A DNA stretch of 64,000 bases from the NCBI RefSeq assembly GCF_006345805.1, contig NC_043013.1, positions 28,334,001 to 28,398,000 on the forward strand, in the 5' to 3' direction. The position numbers were made by a program, and so were the translations under genes. The notes below the pieces were generated by a model, which was not told where the DNA came from, searched no databases, and saw only the letters and a program-made list of their open reading frames with translations. How positions within the stretch are numbered: the stretch's first letter is position 1; the number at the start of each line of letters is the position of its first letter. This DNA is from Octopus sinensis (lineage: Eukaryota). Shown piece after piece: positions 11,191 through 23,559 of this stretch.

Positions 11191-11545
11191 AACTGCCTGA
11201 CTGTTCTTCATGTTTTGTCATTGCCAAATTTCCTTCCAGGTTTCTTGGTAGATTGGGACTCTTTGTTTTTCTTTGATACTAAAATATGTTTGTTCTTGGA
11301 TTCGGTTATGTCCAGTCCAGCCCTAATTGAGTGGACCTATAATAAAGTAATTTGAGCCCACTTTGGTGATGAAATTGTTTCAGACTTTTTTTTCCTTCAT
11401 TTAATTGTTCCAACCATTGGATTGTGGTCATACTGGAGTTCTGCTTTGATGGGCCTAGTCGAACAAATTGAACACAGTATTTATTATTAATTTTAAGTTT
11501 TATACTTATTCTGTTGGTCTTTTTTGCTGAACTGCCAAAAATAAG

Positions 11546-12112
11546 TGAGTCAGCATGGGTGATGAGAGCAGGAGAGGGGCAAGTGAATCAGCATGGGTGA
11601 TGAGAGCAGGAGAGGAGCAAGTGAGTCGGCATGGGTGATGAGTGCAGGAGAGGGGCAAGTGAATCAGCATGGGTGATGAGAGCAGGAGAGGGGGCAAGTG
11701 AGTCAGCATGGGTGATGAGTACAGGAGAGGGGCAAGTGAGTCAGCATGGGTGATGAGAGCAGGAGAGGGGCAAGTGAATCAGCATGCATGATGAGAGCAG
11801 GAGAGGGGAAGTGAGTCAGCATGGGTGATGAGTACAGGAGAGGGGCAAGTGAGTCAGCATGGGTAATGGGAGCAGGAGAGGGGCAAGTGAGTCAGCATGG
11901 GTGATGGGAGCAGGAGAGGGGCAAGTGAGTCGGCATGGGTGATGGGAGCAGAAGAGGGGCAAGTGAGTCGGCATGGGTGATGAGAGCAGGAGAGGGGCAA
12001 GTGAGTTGGCATGGGTGATGAGAGCAGGAAAGGGGTAAGTGAGTCGGCATGGGTGATGAAAGCAGGAGAGGGGCAAGTGAGTCGGCATGGGTGATGAGAG
12101 CAGGGGAGGAGT
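11546..12112 (+). repeat. 38-bp minisatellite, ~15 copies
   Basis: Unit gtgagtcagcatgggtgatgagagcaggagaggggcaa repeated without spacers. Confidence 0.95.
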
Positions 12113-14699
12113 GTTTGAGTGAAGGTAACATGAAACCAGCCATCTCTGAAAAGCAGAGACCATTACATTAAGTAGCTACTTCACAAATACAGAGAGAAGG
12201 AACTGCACATCTGTGAGCTAGAGGCAGGAACTGGTCTGTAAGTGACTTTATGCTGACCATTCATGTGGCTCTTTTCTGAAATAGTTATATTCTTGTTAGT
12301 AATCTTCTTAGATTTCTACAACACACACATGCACACACACAACCAATAAAAAAGACTGCTGTACATCGTAACTCAACCTGCTAGAAAAAGCAACCAATAG
12401 GATGTAAAATCATATCCTATCATTTTGAAAAAGAGAATACCTACTCAAAAGACAAGATGGTCCTGGTTGGAATACTTACAATACTTACAATAACATATGC
12501 TATACATGGCCAATAAGAGACTTTCTACTCCAGTGTTCCTCTTTGATTCCCATTTTACTTAGTGGGACCCTCCTAGCCATTCAATGATTAAATAAAATCC
12601 CTATATATTACTATATTCAAATAATATTAGGAAATGTATAAAAAATTTTTTTAGATATTTTGTCTATTGCAGGAATATAACCAGTTTATTGCAGATAAAC
12701 ATTAACAGCAAAATCTTCTATGAGCCCCCAAGGGCAAAATGGACTTTGTTTGAGAACCCCTGCTCTACATGGTCACTCATCTTGCTAAAAATTTCCTTTA
12801 AATAACAGTTACAGTTGTAAAATAAAAAAGGACACTTGAATAAATGACTTTGGATACACTGTCTCTCAAAATATAAAGAAATATAAAAAAAAAAGAAGAG
12901 GTCACGATAGGAATGGCTTTTGATCTTAGATTTGCTTGATCTTGTGGATTAATCAAAAAGAATGACAACAAAATTAGGTGCCGCTGTTTTTGTCAGTTTA
13001 TTTGCTAGATTGATTATTACTTCAGTGTCAACCATAATATCTCAGAATGTAATGAATCTAGAATGTTCAAAGGTGGTTTTTTTTTTTGTTTCATTTATTT
13101 ATTTATTTATTTATTATTTTTTTTCTATTTGTGATGTTAAAGCAATATGTTCCTGCTTTTGGTTTTCAAAAATTTTGTCATTCAAATATTAAATATGCAG
13201 CGCAAGTATAGCTTCTTTATTCAACATGTCATATGTTGGGTGAACTATGGATTATATGAACAATTAATTGAATCGCAGGAAAAAAGAAAAATCAAAATTA
13301 CAACATAAACCATATCACACACACACATGCACTTGCACACACACATGCACACACACATGCATGTGCTCACACACACATTGAAGGTACACTTAGCAACAAT
13401 ATTTCTACCAAATATTGTCGGCTATCAATAATCGGTGGAGCAAAAGACAACCAAACACTTATCACATTTGTTAAAGAATTGTCCATTTTGCTCTCAGGCA
13501 TCAAAATCTTGTGTAATATTGGATGAACTAAGTTTTTCTGGTTATGAAATAAAATGGAAGCAAGGAAGAGGGGGTGGGGTGGGGGTGGGAGTGTTTAAAC
13601 ACGGAATGTAGGTCTTATTTATGTTCTTTTTCTGTTTTTTTTTTTAAACATTCTTTTTTATAGCCAGGTGAGTCTGATTGAGTTAACCCATGATCAAAGG
13701 TGTTCCAACGTTGACCATCCTGTCTTTTTTTTTTCACCTGATATTTTGCATTTAAGAATACACTACCTTTTACTTGTTTCAGTCACTGGACTGTGGCCAT
13801 GCAGGAACACTGCCTTGAAGGGTTTTAGTCGAACGAAGTGACCCCAGTACTTATTTTTAAGTCTTGCTGACCCCCCTACCCCCACTCCCTTCCTCAATTC
13901 CATTTTATCACATAACCAGAAAAAAAGCTATTTCATCTAATATTAAGCAAGATTTTGATGTCTGGAAGCAAAACGGAAAATTTTTCAACAATACTCTTAT
14001 GTTTTTTTTTCCAAACCACTAAGTTACAAGGATGTAAAAAAACCAGCACCTGTTGCTCAAATGATGGGGGGGGGGAGACTAACACAAAAACTCATACACA
14101 CACATGCATGCACACTAACACATGCATACTAACACACACACATGCAGACTAATACAAAGACTCATACACATGCACATACATTTCCTCATATAGTCTTCCT
14201 CACAGTTTCCATCTACCGAATTTACTCACACTGTATTGGTTGGCCTGGGGCTTTAGCAAAGACTCTTGCCCAAGGTGCCACACAATGGCATTGAACCTGA
14301 AACCAAATGCTTGCAAAGTGAGCTTGTTAACCACAGGGCTATGCCTGTGTCTATGTATGTTTGGACTACATTGTTTAATGTGTCCTTCCCGTATTAAAGA
14401 TGATAGGGTGTAATTCTTATGGCTATTTAGCTGTTATTTCTAACAGGTTGAGCAACCACGTAGAATAGATTCCTTCATCAACAGACAGGTGATACATTCA
14501 CTCCAGAGTCTGTGGTGAAAATTCTTGCTCAAATTAGGTCCAATGAACATGTCCACCATAATCCTGGCTTTTTTTGTCCCTTAATGACAAGAAATTCATC
14601 TAATGTATTGGTATTTCATGGTATTCCATTGTTCTTAAGATCTGAACACACACATTGGTGAGTTAGCTTTTTTAATAGTCTAGCTTTTCATTGCTAAAC

Positions 14700-15720
14700 A
14701 CTCCTCCTTCTCTCTTTTTCTTTTCTTACTTTCTTCTTTCTTTGTTCTCTTCTTCATCTCTCTCTCTCTCTCCCTCTCTCTCTCTTCCTCTCCACTATTT
14801 CATTTCTAGTTGTCTTTCATCTTCTGTCTCTTTCTATCATTTGCTCCCTTTCTCTCTTATTTCTCCTTTTTCTCTCTTCTAGCTTTCTTTCCTCTTCAGT
14901 CTCTTTTTCTTTCTTATATCTCTTTTTTTCTCTCTCTCTCTCTCATCTCCTCCCATGTTCTCTTCTTCTCTCTCTCTCTCTCTCTCTCTCATAGTTGTTG
15001 CCCTCACGTATTTGTCTTCCTTTCTCTGTTTCCCATTATTTCTATGTTCTTCTCCTATCATTGTCATCCAAACATAAACGGTCCACTCCATTTAACCCAT
15101 GCTGTTCTTGTGCTAAAAATCCTTCCTACAAGTTTTATATAATCCAATAAAGTGACAGATGAAGGCAAATCTGAAGGGAGTTTACTCTGCTTTTTACCAT
15201 TATACTCTATCCTTGCCATTTCACACTCACTCTCACTCAATCACACCCCACTCTCCCTCTCACTCTTCCTTCCTCTATCATTCCCCTCTCTCTCTCTTCA
15301 TCCCTCTATCGTTCTTTCTCATATCTTTGTTTAGTCTCTTACATTTTCTCATTTTTTTCTATCCATTGTCATTCATTTGTCCTTGCATTTTCTCATTACT
15401 CCGTCTCTCTCTCTCTCTCCTGCCTTTTTCCTTTTTCTTTCACCCACCTCAACCTCATATTTCTCCTTGTTCCTTCTATTTCTTTCCTCTATTTCTTTCT
15501 CTACTATCTTCTTCCTTTTCTCTATCGTTTCCCTTTAATTACTCTCCTTTCTCTTCTCCCTCTCTCTACCCTCAGTCTCATACTTTCGCTCTCTTCTCTT
15601 CACCTTCTCTCTCTCTCTCTCTATCCCTCTGTTTCTGTTTTCTGTTTCTCCATTTGCCTCCCTTAACATCTCATTTTTACTCTTTCTCCCTTATTTCTCT
15701 CTCTATCAGTCATCTCTCTA
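14700..15720. repeat. Pyrimidine-rich low-complexity (CT/TTC) tract
   Basis: Direct reading. Confidence 0.85.
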
Positions 15721-15899
15721 TCATTGGTTATCAACCACAGAATTTCCTCTCCTCATATCCTTAGTTCTCTGTCAGCTGCTAAAATGCATTGTATACTTTA
15801 TATAATTGATAAAAAAAAAATGACTTAAGGCTGATTTATAATTGTCATTCTTGGACATTTCAGCTTAGAAAACCACGAACAGTAATCATTACTCTAAGA

Positions 15900-16418
15900 C
15901 AGCAGTCTCTGACCTTTTTCTTTTTTTTTTTATTGCATCATGGACCAGTTTTATGCAAGACAATTTTTCCATGAACTGGGGAGGACCACATGCAAACGAA
16001 CCATAATAAAATATATATTATACAATTCAATTATTATGAGGGGGGCGGGGTTTGCTGAAAAGTTCCTGGCTTTAAAAGTATTGTGAAAGGACTGGTTGGT
16101 GGCCCAACCTTCTGAGTTCTTTTACAGGACTTAAGAAAACTGAAGGACTGCTGCAATAAGTGTGTGAATCTGAGAGGGGAATATGTTGAATGAAATCATA
16201 ATTAACTGATCTGCTTGTATTTTCTTTTACCCAAAGCCAAGAACCTTTCAGCACACCCAGGTACATATATAATCCATATGTAATGCAAAAACAGACTGCA
16301 GACTGTGATAGTCAATAAAATAAGAAATAAAATTTGGAAATTTATTCTTTCTATGTGGCCCAGTGCCAAATGATCCACAGCCTAGTATTGGTCTGTGGCT
16401 TGGTGTTTGAGGCCCTTG
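15900..16418. mobile_element. hAT (Charlie/MER1-like) MITE
   Basis: Ends cagcagtctc...ggcccttg; internal 'ggaccagttttatgcaagacaatttttcca'. 8-bp TSD ctctaaga (15892-15899) / ctctaagt (16419-16426). Confidence 0.7.
16037..16261 (+). mobile_element. Mariner-derived MITE nested in the hAT MITE
   Basis: TIR ctgaaaagttcctggcttt / aaagccaagaacctttcag, TA flanks, retains a mariner C-terminus-like peptide (KCVNLRGEYVE). Second copy at 47206-47421. Confidence 0.8.
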
Positions 16419-16845
16419 CTCTAAGTTACATCACCAGATCCCTACCCTTTTTTAGGAATTGCAGGGGTGATGATCATCAAGAGGTACTCTAGGAATGTCC
16501 CCTATGGTGGTAGCCTTCCTCATAGACATGCTATTATTCATTGTTGCAGATTGGCTTCTCATGTTATACAGCAATCTGATTAGAGGGTTTTCTTTTTTTA
16601 TTTATCTCTTTCATCCAGATGTTGTCTCATTTTACTTTAAGCAGATCCAAAAATTGGTTTATGTCAGCTTTCTGTGTTCTTCAGATGAGTTCTTTTTTTA
16701 ACCTCCACTTCAGCTATGGCATCAATATGGTGTTCTACCACATTGTTTACCAGAAGAATATGAGTTCAGAATTCTTCTTCATAATGGTTTCTATGACCTC
16801 CTCTTTTAGGACTTGCATTCTCATTGTTTTTTTTTTCTCTGTTAA

Positions 16846-17061
16846 TCCTTTGCCATTTAATTGGCTGTATCCAGCTCAAATATTCTATCTATTTTTATGT
16901 TAAAACTGCCCGGATCCAGCCTCTCACACCTACCTTTCTATGTCATTCTAAAATGCAGTCACATCATTGAAATTTTGAAGCTGAGGTAATACATGATTAA
17001 CTGAAAACAATGTGAAAAAGTAAGCATTTACATTTGACAGAGTAATCTGAATGCTAAAGGG
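16846..17061. mobile_element. piggyBac-type MITE (family P1), intact copy
   Basis: TTAA at 16842-16845 and 17062-17065; terminus ...aatgctaaaggg|TTAA. Confidence 0.8.
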
Positions 17062-17121
17062 TTAAAGGAGGCCTTCATTTTGCTATGTTATAGGAGGCCT
17101 TCGTTCTCCACTCAAACCTTA

Positions 17122-17515
17122 TCATCATCATCATCATCATCATCGTTTAGCGTCCGCTTTCCATGCTAGCATGGGTTGGACGGTTCAACTGGGGCCTGGG
17201 AAGCCAGAAGGCTGCACCAGGCCCAGTTTGATCTGGCAATGTTTCTATGGCTGGATGCCCTTCCTAACGCCAACCACTCCATGAGTGTAGTGGGTGCTTT
17301 TTACGTGCCACCGGCACGGAGACCAGATGAAGCTGGCAATGGCCACGATTGGAAGGTGCTTTTTATGTGCCACCGGCACGGGGGCCAGGCGAGACTGGCA
17401 ACGGCCACAAACGGATGGTGCTTTTTACGTGCCACCGGCACAAGGCCAGTCGGGGTGGCGCTGGCAACGGCCATGAATGGATGGTGCTTTTTACGTTCCA
17501 CCGGCACGAGGCCAT
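17122..17515 (-). mobile_element. (GAT)n-tailed RTE-like 3' end with four ~62-66 bp internal modules
   Basis: (CAT)n then 'cgtttagcgtccgctttccatgctagcatggg'; motif ggtgctttttacgtgccaccggcac at 17293, 17355, 17417 and 17483. Confidence 0.8.
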
Positions 17516-18231
17516 TCTCAACTTAAATAACATAAAAATGCTTATGTTTTCCATATCTTTCTTTCAGTGTCTTAAAATAAAGAAAAGTTGAAGATCTTTA
17601 TTTTTCTTATCTAAATGCATCTTCAAAGGCTTCATTGCATCATTTCCAAATGTATTTTCCCATAACAAATGTGTAGGCAGTGTCTCATTATTGATCTAAG
17701 AAATAAAACTAAATTGTAAATATTCCCCTGACTATTCGACAACTTCTTAGCATTTCTCTTTGGACGGTTGACATGCAGTAAAATTAACGAGCTATAATAG
17801 AGAGCCAAAATTTCTATAATATGATTACAATAACACATAAACTAGTTTCTTCAAAGCTGTCATAATAAACTTAAATTATTGAAAACTATAATTACATTAC
17901 AATGTAATTCTGATTTAAATATTTTTCTTCTTTTTTTTTTTATCTTTCCTTTCCTTCAAGTTGCCACTTTGAACAAAGACACATAATATGTTACAAACGG
18001 AAATGAAATGCGTTCTTGAGATAGTAGCTAATTATTAACAGAAATATACGTGTGTGTAAGTGTGCATGTGTGTGTGTATGTGTGTATATACTTACGTATG
18101 TGTGTGTGTTTGTTCTCCACTACTACTTGACAACTAGTTGGCTTGTTTACATCTCTGTAACATAGCAGTTCAGCAAAAGAGGTTGATAGATTAGTGCCCG
18201 GCTCAGAAAATAAGTTCTGTGGTCAATATAT

Positions 18232-18459
18232 TTCTTTATTGCCCACAAGGGGCTAAACATAGAGGGGACAAACAAGGACAGACAAAGGGATTAAGTCGAT
18301 TACATCGACCCCAGTGCGAATCTGGTACTTTATTTATCGACCCCGAAAGGATGAAAGGCAAAGTCGACCTCGGCAGAATTTGAACTCAGAACGTAACGGC
18401 AGACGAAATACCGCTTAGCATTTCGCCCGGTGTGCTAACGTGTCTGCCAGCTCGCCGCC
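18232..18459 (-). mobile_element. Young SINE family B copy with perfect 17-bp TSD, inserted in an older SINE A tail
   Basis: TSD ttctgtggtcaatatat at 18215-18231 and 18460-18476. Confidence 0.9.
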
Positions 18460-18900
18460 TTCTGTGGTCAATATATCTGATTAAAACTTTTCAAGGCAGT
18501 GCCCCAGGATGGCTGCAGTCCAGTGACTGAAACAAATGAAAATGATATCTAGCAGAATTGTTAATACGCTAAACAAAATGCTTTGTGGCATTTATACCGG
18601 CTCTTTATGTTCTGAGTTCAAATGCTGATGAAGTCAACTTTATGTTCCATCCTTTCAGGGTCGGCAAATAACTACCAATTGAGCCCTGAGGTTGATGTAA
18701 TTGACCAACCCCATTCTCCTCAAATTTGCTGGTCCTGTGCCAAAAATTAGAAAGGTTCACATGGAACAGATTAAATTTATCTTCCTGTTGTTGTTGGCAT
18801 TGGCAGCAACTCTTGGATAGATGGGATTGTTGTGAAATTCCAATTAAATCCAACTTCAAGAAACTAACTTGATAGATAATCTTTCCTGATAATAGCCCCA

Positions 18901-19105
18901 TAACTACTACTACTACTACTACTATACTACTACTACTACTATACTACTACTACTACCACCACCACCACCACCACCACCACCACCACCACTACTACTACCG
19001 CCACCACTACCACCACCGCTGCTGCCACCACCACCGCCGCTGTCACCACCACCACCACCACTGCCGCTGCCACTACCACCACTGCTGCTGCCACCACCAC
19101 TACCA
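18901..19105. repeat. (TAC)n grading into (CAC)n microsatellite
   Basis: Direct reading. Confidence 0.9.
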
Positions 19106-19626
19106 CCTTCTCCTCCTTGAAAGCCTTCTGAAAATAAATTCTTTTACTGCTTATTTGTTACAATTTCGAAAATTCTGTACTCTGCTAGCAGTCTTGTTTT
19201 ATCATTTTCATTCAAATTTTTTGAAGACTCTACCCTTTCTTTTATCCATTTTGAGTGTATGTATGTAGGTCTTTTAAAAAATTTTTGTTTTGTCTTTTTT
19301 AACTGGAGCAGAAAGTATTTGTTCATGTCAAGAAAGAAAAGACCCAAAAGAAAAAGAAAAAGAAAAACAATCCCTCTGATTTAGCAGATAACAAAAGCAA
19401 GGGTTTCCAATTTTGTAAATGTCATCCTTGTATTTGCTCATTGAGTATGACGATGGCAGCATTGTATGGCTATTTACCAAGTTCCCCATGTCATGTTTTT
19501 AGTAACTAATTTCTGTTTCTTTTATTTTCTTTCTTCATTGAATGTAAATTCTTATCTTCTGTTGTTTATTGATTAGGATTTATGAATTAGCCATGAGTAG
19601 CAAGCAGCATTATTCTAAGATATATA

Positions 19627-19836
19627 CTCTTTTACTCTTTTACTTGTTTCAGTCATTTGACTGCGGCCATACTGGAGCACCGCCTTTAATCGAGCAACTC
19701 GACCTCGGGACTTATTCTTTTTGTAAGCCCAGTACTTATTCTATCGGTCTCTTTTGCCGAACCGCTAAGTGACGGGGACGTAAACACACCAGCATCGGTT
19801 GTCAAGCAATGCTAGGGGACAAACACAGACACACAA

Positions 19837-19891
<55 letters not shown>

Positions 19892-20049
19892 TACAACAGG
19901 CTTCTTTCAGTTTCCGTCTACCAAATCCACTTACAAGGCATTGGTCGGCCCGGGGCTATAGCAGAAGACACTTGCCCAAGATGCCACGCAGTGGGACTGA
20001 ACCTGGAACCATGTGGTTGGTTAGCAAGCTACTTACCACACAGCCACTC
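19627..20049 (-). mobile_element. Full-length SINE family A
   Basis: Reverse complement of the 576-985 copy. Confidence 0.9.
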
Positions 20050-20322
20050 ATATATATTTTATTGTTAGGGAATAAAAATTCCGGCATAACAGGGGTTCAA
20101 ATTATTCTCAATGAAGAAATATATATTTTCATTTAGAGATAGTAGGCCCCTTCATCTCACCATATAAAAAAGAATTTTTATTTTAAATACCTACTACTTT
20201 ATAACTTGGCTACACATGTTTCATGAGGTATATTTCCCGGTTCCTAAACCACTCCGTGTTTTGCTGGAACCATTCTTAAAATATAACCCCAATCATCAGG
20301 CATATATATATATACACACACA

Positions 20323-20810
20323 CAAAGGGGTACCTAAAGAAACTGGAATATTGCAATATTTTATTCACTTAGTTGTACATGTTTACACTTTTATTGCCTT
20401 CAAAGTATTCTCCATTTGATGCAATGCATAGGTCAGATGTATTTTCCATTATTCAAAGCAGTCCAGGAACTCTTGTGAGGTAATACCTTTTAATGCAAGC
20501 CTCCTTCTTCACCTCTTCCACATCTGCAAATTCAGTAGCACCAGCTTCCATCACCAATGATGACCTTTGAGAAAAAGGTCTGGATCAACTTCCAACTGTT
20601 CTTTCAGTTGTAACTGCTTTTGATCTTCCATAAGCAAGCAAATCACACATTTTGCTGCAACTCTTCTCATTCACAATTCCTCGCTCAAAATTCATTGGCA
20701 GGAACTCCAGGACACATAATATTGTTGCTGAATTTAGTGATTCCTACAAAACTTTGAATCATTATTTGAATTTTTAATGTCAAATGTCATTTCCAAATTG
20801 GAGTCCCTAT
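20323..20810 (-). mobile_element. Internally deleted, degenerate mariner transposon
   Basis: Minus-strand peptides 'SCQ*ILSEEL*MRRVAAKCV', 'SKVIIGDGSWCY' (first catalytic Asp motif) and 'CIASNGEYFEG' (mariner C-terminus), with stops and frameshifts. Confidence 0.8.
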
Positions 20811-21205
20811 ATATCACACAGATCTTTGTCAAATAACATTTGTTGTACAACATATTTTCTCAAGATATATATACCTCTCCCTTTCAACCAATCTACATAT
20901 AAAATCACTCTCATTGGCTCTTGAATAGTGGTTCTTATTATTCTTATTACAATATTGGTTTTCTCTCATTTGGTTCTTAAAATAGGTACACAGTATCCCT
21001 GTGTCATAAGAGATAACTATGGTTGCTGGTATCAGGGAGGGCATCAGGCTGTAAAACACTGTCTCAAAAATTCCTGTTCATCTTGAACCAGCATAAAAAA
21101 GTGAACTCAAAAATGACGATGATCGTTGCTGTTGATATTCAGTTGTCTCTGTATTTGTATTTATTGTAACCCTTTAGCGTTTAAACCAGCCATATCCAGC
21201 CAAAT

Positions 21206-21421
21206 ATTCTTTTCTACTCTAGGAACAAGGCCTGAAATTTGAGGGAGGGGCCCAGTCGATTAGATTGACCCCCAGCATACAACTGGTAGTTAATTTATCG
21301 ACCCCGAAAGGAGGAAAGGCAAAGTCAGCCTCTGCAAAATTTGAACTCATAACATAAAGACAGATGAAATACTGCTAAGCATTTCGCCTGGTGTGCTAAT
21401 GATTCTGCCAGCTCGCTGCCT
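21206..21421 (-). mobile_element. SINE family B nested in the MITE
   Basis: 13-bp TSD tatcc(a/g)gccaaat at 21193-21205 and 21422-21434. Confidence 0.85.
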
Positions 21422-21516
21422 TATCCGGCCAAATTTTGTGCCTGTTTTATATTCAAACTGCCCAGATCTGGTATTTCTCACCTACTTTATAATGTTATTC
21501 TAAAAACAAGCAATCA

Positions 21517-22427
21517 TCATCATCATCATCATCGTTTAACATCCGTTCTCCATGGGTTGGACGGTTCGACCGGGGTTCTGGGAAGCCAGAAGGCTGCACC
21601 AGGCTCCAGTCTAATCTGGCAATGTTTCTACAGCTGGATGCCCTTCCTAACGCCAACCACTCCGTGAGTGTAGTGGGTGCTTTTTACGTGCCACCTGCAC
21701 AGGTGCCAGGCGAGGCTGGCAACGGCCACGGTCAGATTGGTGTATTTTATGTGCCACCGGCACGGAAGCCAGTCGAGGCGGTGCTGGCATCGGCCACGAG
21801 TCGGATAGTGCTTTTTACGTACCACCAGACCAGGGATCCTGGCTGGTTCAATTCGATTTCGATTTCGATTTCGCTTGCCCCAACATGTCTTCACAAGCAA
21901 AGGGGGTTGGCATGGGTGCCTGTCGTACAGTCGCATTGGAGTATTTTACATGCCACGGCCACGAGTCGGATAGTGCTTTTTACGTACCACCAGACCAGGG
22001 ATCCTGGCTGGTTCAATTCGATTTCGATTTCGCTTGCCCCAACATGTCTTCACAAGCAAAGGGGGTTGGCATGGGTGCCTGTCGTACGGTCGCATTGGAG
22101 TATTTTACGTGCCACGGCCACGAGTCGGATAGTGCTTTTTACGTACCACCAGGCCAGGGATCCTGGCTGGTTCAATTTGGTTTCGATTTCGATTTCGCTT
22201 GCCCCAACATGTCTTCGCAAGCATGGGTGGTTGGCATGGGTGTCTGTCGTCGGATGAGGTTCTATATCGACTTCGCTTGCCTCAACAGGTCTTTGTGTCC
22301 AAGGGAGGAAAGGCATTCATAAGTGGGCTGGGCTCACTTGTCCTGCCTGGTCTTCTCACGTACAGAATATTTCCAAAGGTCTCGGTCGCTGGTCATTTCC
22401 TCAGTGAGGCCTAAAGTTCGAAGTTCG
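21517..22427 (-). mobile_element. (GAT)n-tailed RTE-like 3' fragment nested in the MITE, with internal 159-165 bp triplication
   Basis: 9-bp TSD aagcaatca at 21508-21516 and 22428-22436; repeat units start at 21792, 21957 and 22116. Confidence 0.85.
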
Positions 22428-23380
22428 AAGCAATCACATCATCAAAATGTTGAAGCTATGAGATAATCCAGGATTAACCCAAAACAAGGTGGATAAGTAA
22501 GCATTCCATTTGACAAAATAACCTGAATATCAAAGAGTTAAGTTATTGCCTTTGTTCAGTTATTAGAGAGTGATAGCGTGTGGAAAGTATAAACTGATCC
22601 TTTGAGATATGGAAATAAATGAAATAAAAATGTATTCTGATGATTTGGAGTTAGATGCCTTTCACAGTGGTAGGGATATCATTGATCTCAGTATGACAAA
22701 AAATATTATATTTCTGGCACATGTGCTGCTGGGTTCATCATCATCATCATCATCATTATCATCATCATCATTGTCATCGTCGTCATCTTTATTATTATCA
22801 TAATAGCCACTTTTCCATGCTTGCATAGATTGGATGAAATTTGTTGAGGTAAATTTTCTACAGCTGGATGCCTTTCCTGTTAACAATCCTCGCCTGTTTC
22901 TAAACAAGGTAAATATTTCCTCTTGGCTGGACATGTTTTTATGGAAGATTGGAAACGGATGCTACTCTGTGACTTTGACACTCGTTTACAACTCACAATG
23001 AGACGCCAACTAAAATACCCTATATACACTCATATATACACCCACACACACTCCTATACACAAACACACATACATATATGATGAGCTTTTCTCTGTTTCC
23101 ATCTACCAAATCCACTCACAAGGCTTTATGTGGCCTGGGGTTATAGTAGAAGACATTTATTCAAGATGCCATGCAGTAGGACTGAACCTGGAACCACATG
23201 GTTGGGAAGCAAGCTTCTCAACCACACAGTGACAGCAGTGCCTATTTAGTGATGAATTTTAATAAATAACCTTCAATCTTGTCTAGTGTTGAAGGCTGTA
23301 GAGAATGGAAACAAGTCTTAGAAATGTGGTTCTCTCTCTCTTTGTCTCTCTCTCACACACACACATCTATATACACACGA

Positions 23381-23441
<61 letters not shown>

Positions 23442-23559
23442 CATACATATCTAGACACACACACACACAAATATATATAATATAAATATATTTATATATA
23501 TATATATATATATTGAGAGAGAGAGAGAGAGAGATTTATCAAAAACAATATAAAGAACT

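Larger units (their letters stand above)
21170..22537. mobile_element. piggyBac-type MITE P1 carrying two nested insertions
   Basis: MITE segments at 21170-21205, 21422-21516 and 22428-22537, with terminal TTAA at 22538-22541. Confidence 0.8.

Noticed and set aside
9379-11355. Long ORFs (199-280 aa) in the supplied track
   Set aside because: They are translations of (TTG/TTC/CCA)n and (CT)n microsatellites: homopolymeric, with no domain
11546-12112. CRISPR-like regular array
   Set aside because: Units are contiguous with no unique spacers, there are no cas genes, and the context is eukaryotic
12527-12765. Possible additional hAT MITE (ends cagtgttcctc...gagaacccctg)
   Set aside because: The termini are poorly matched and no TSD could be read
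16430-16830. Possible LINE RT fragment on the minus strand (IITPAIPKKGRDL)
   Set aside because: Only one short motif amid many stops; too weak to list without a search
17293-17515. Repeat-spacer pattern resembling CRISPR
   Set aside because: The 'spacers' are homologous to each other (diverged ~62-bp tandem units) and lie inside a retroelement 3' region
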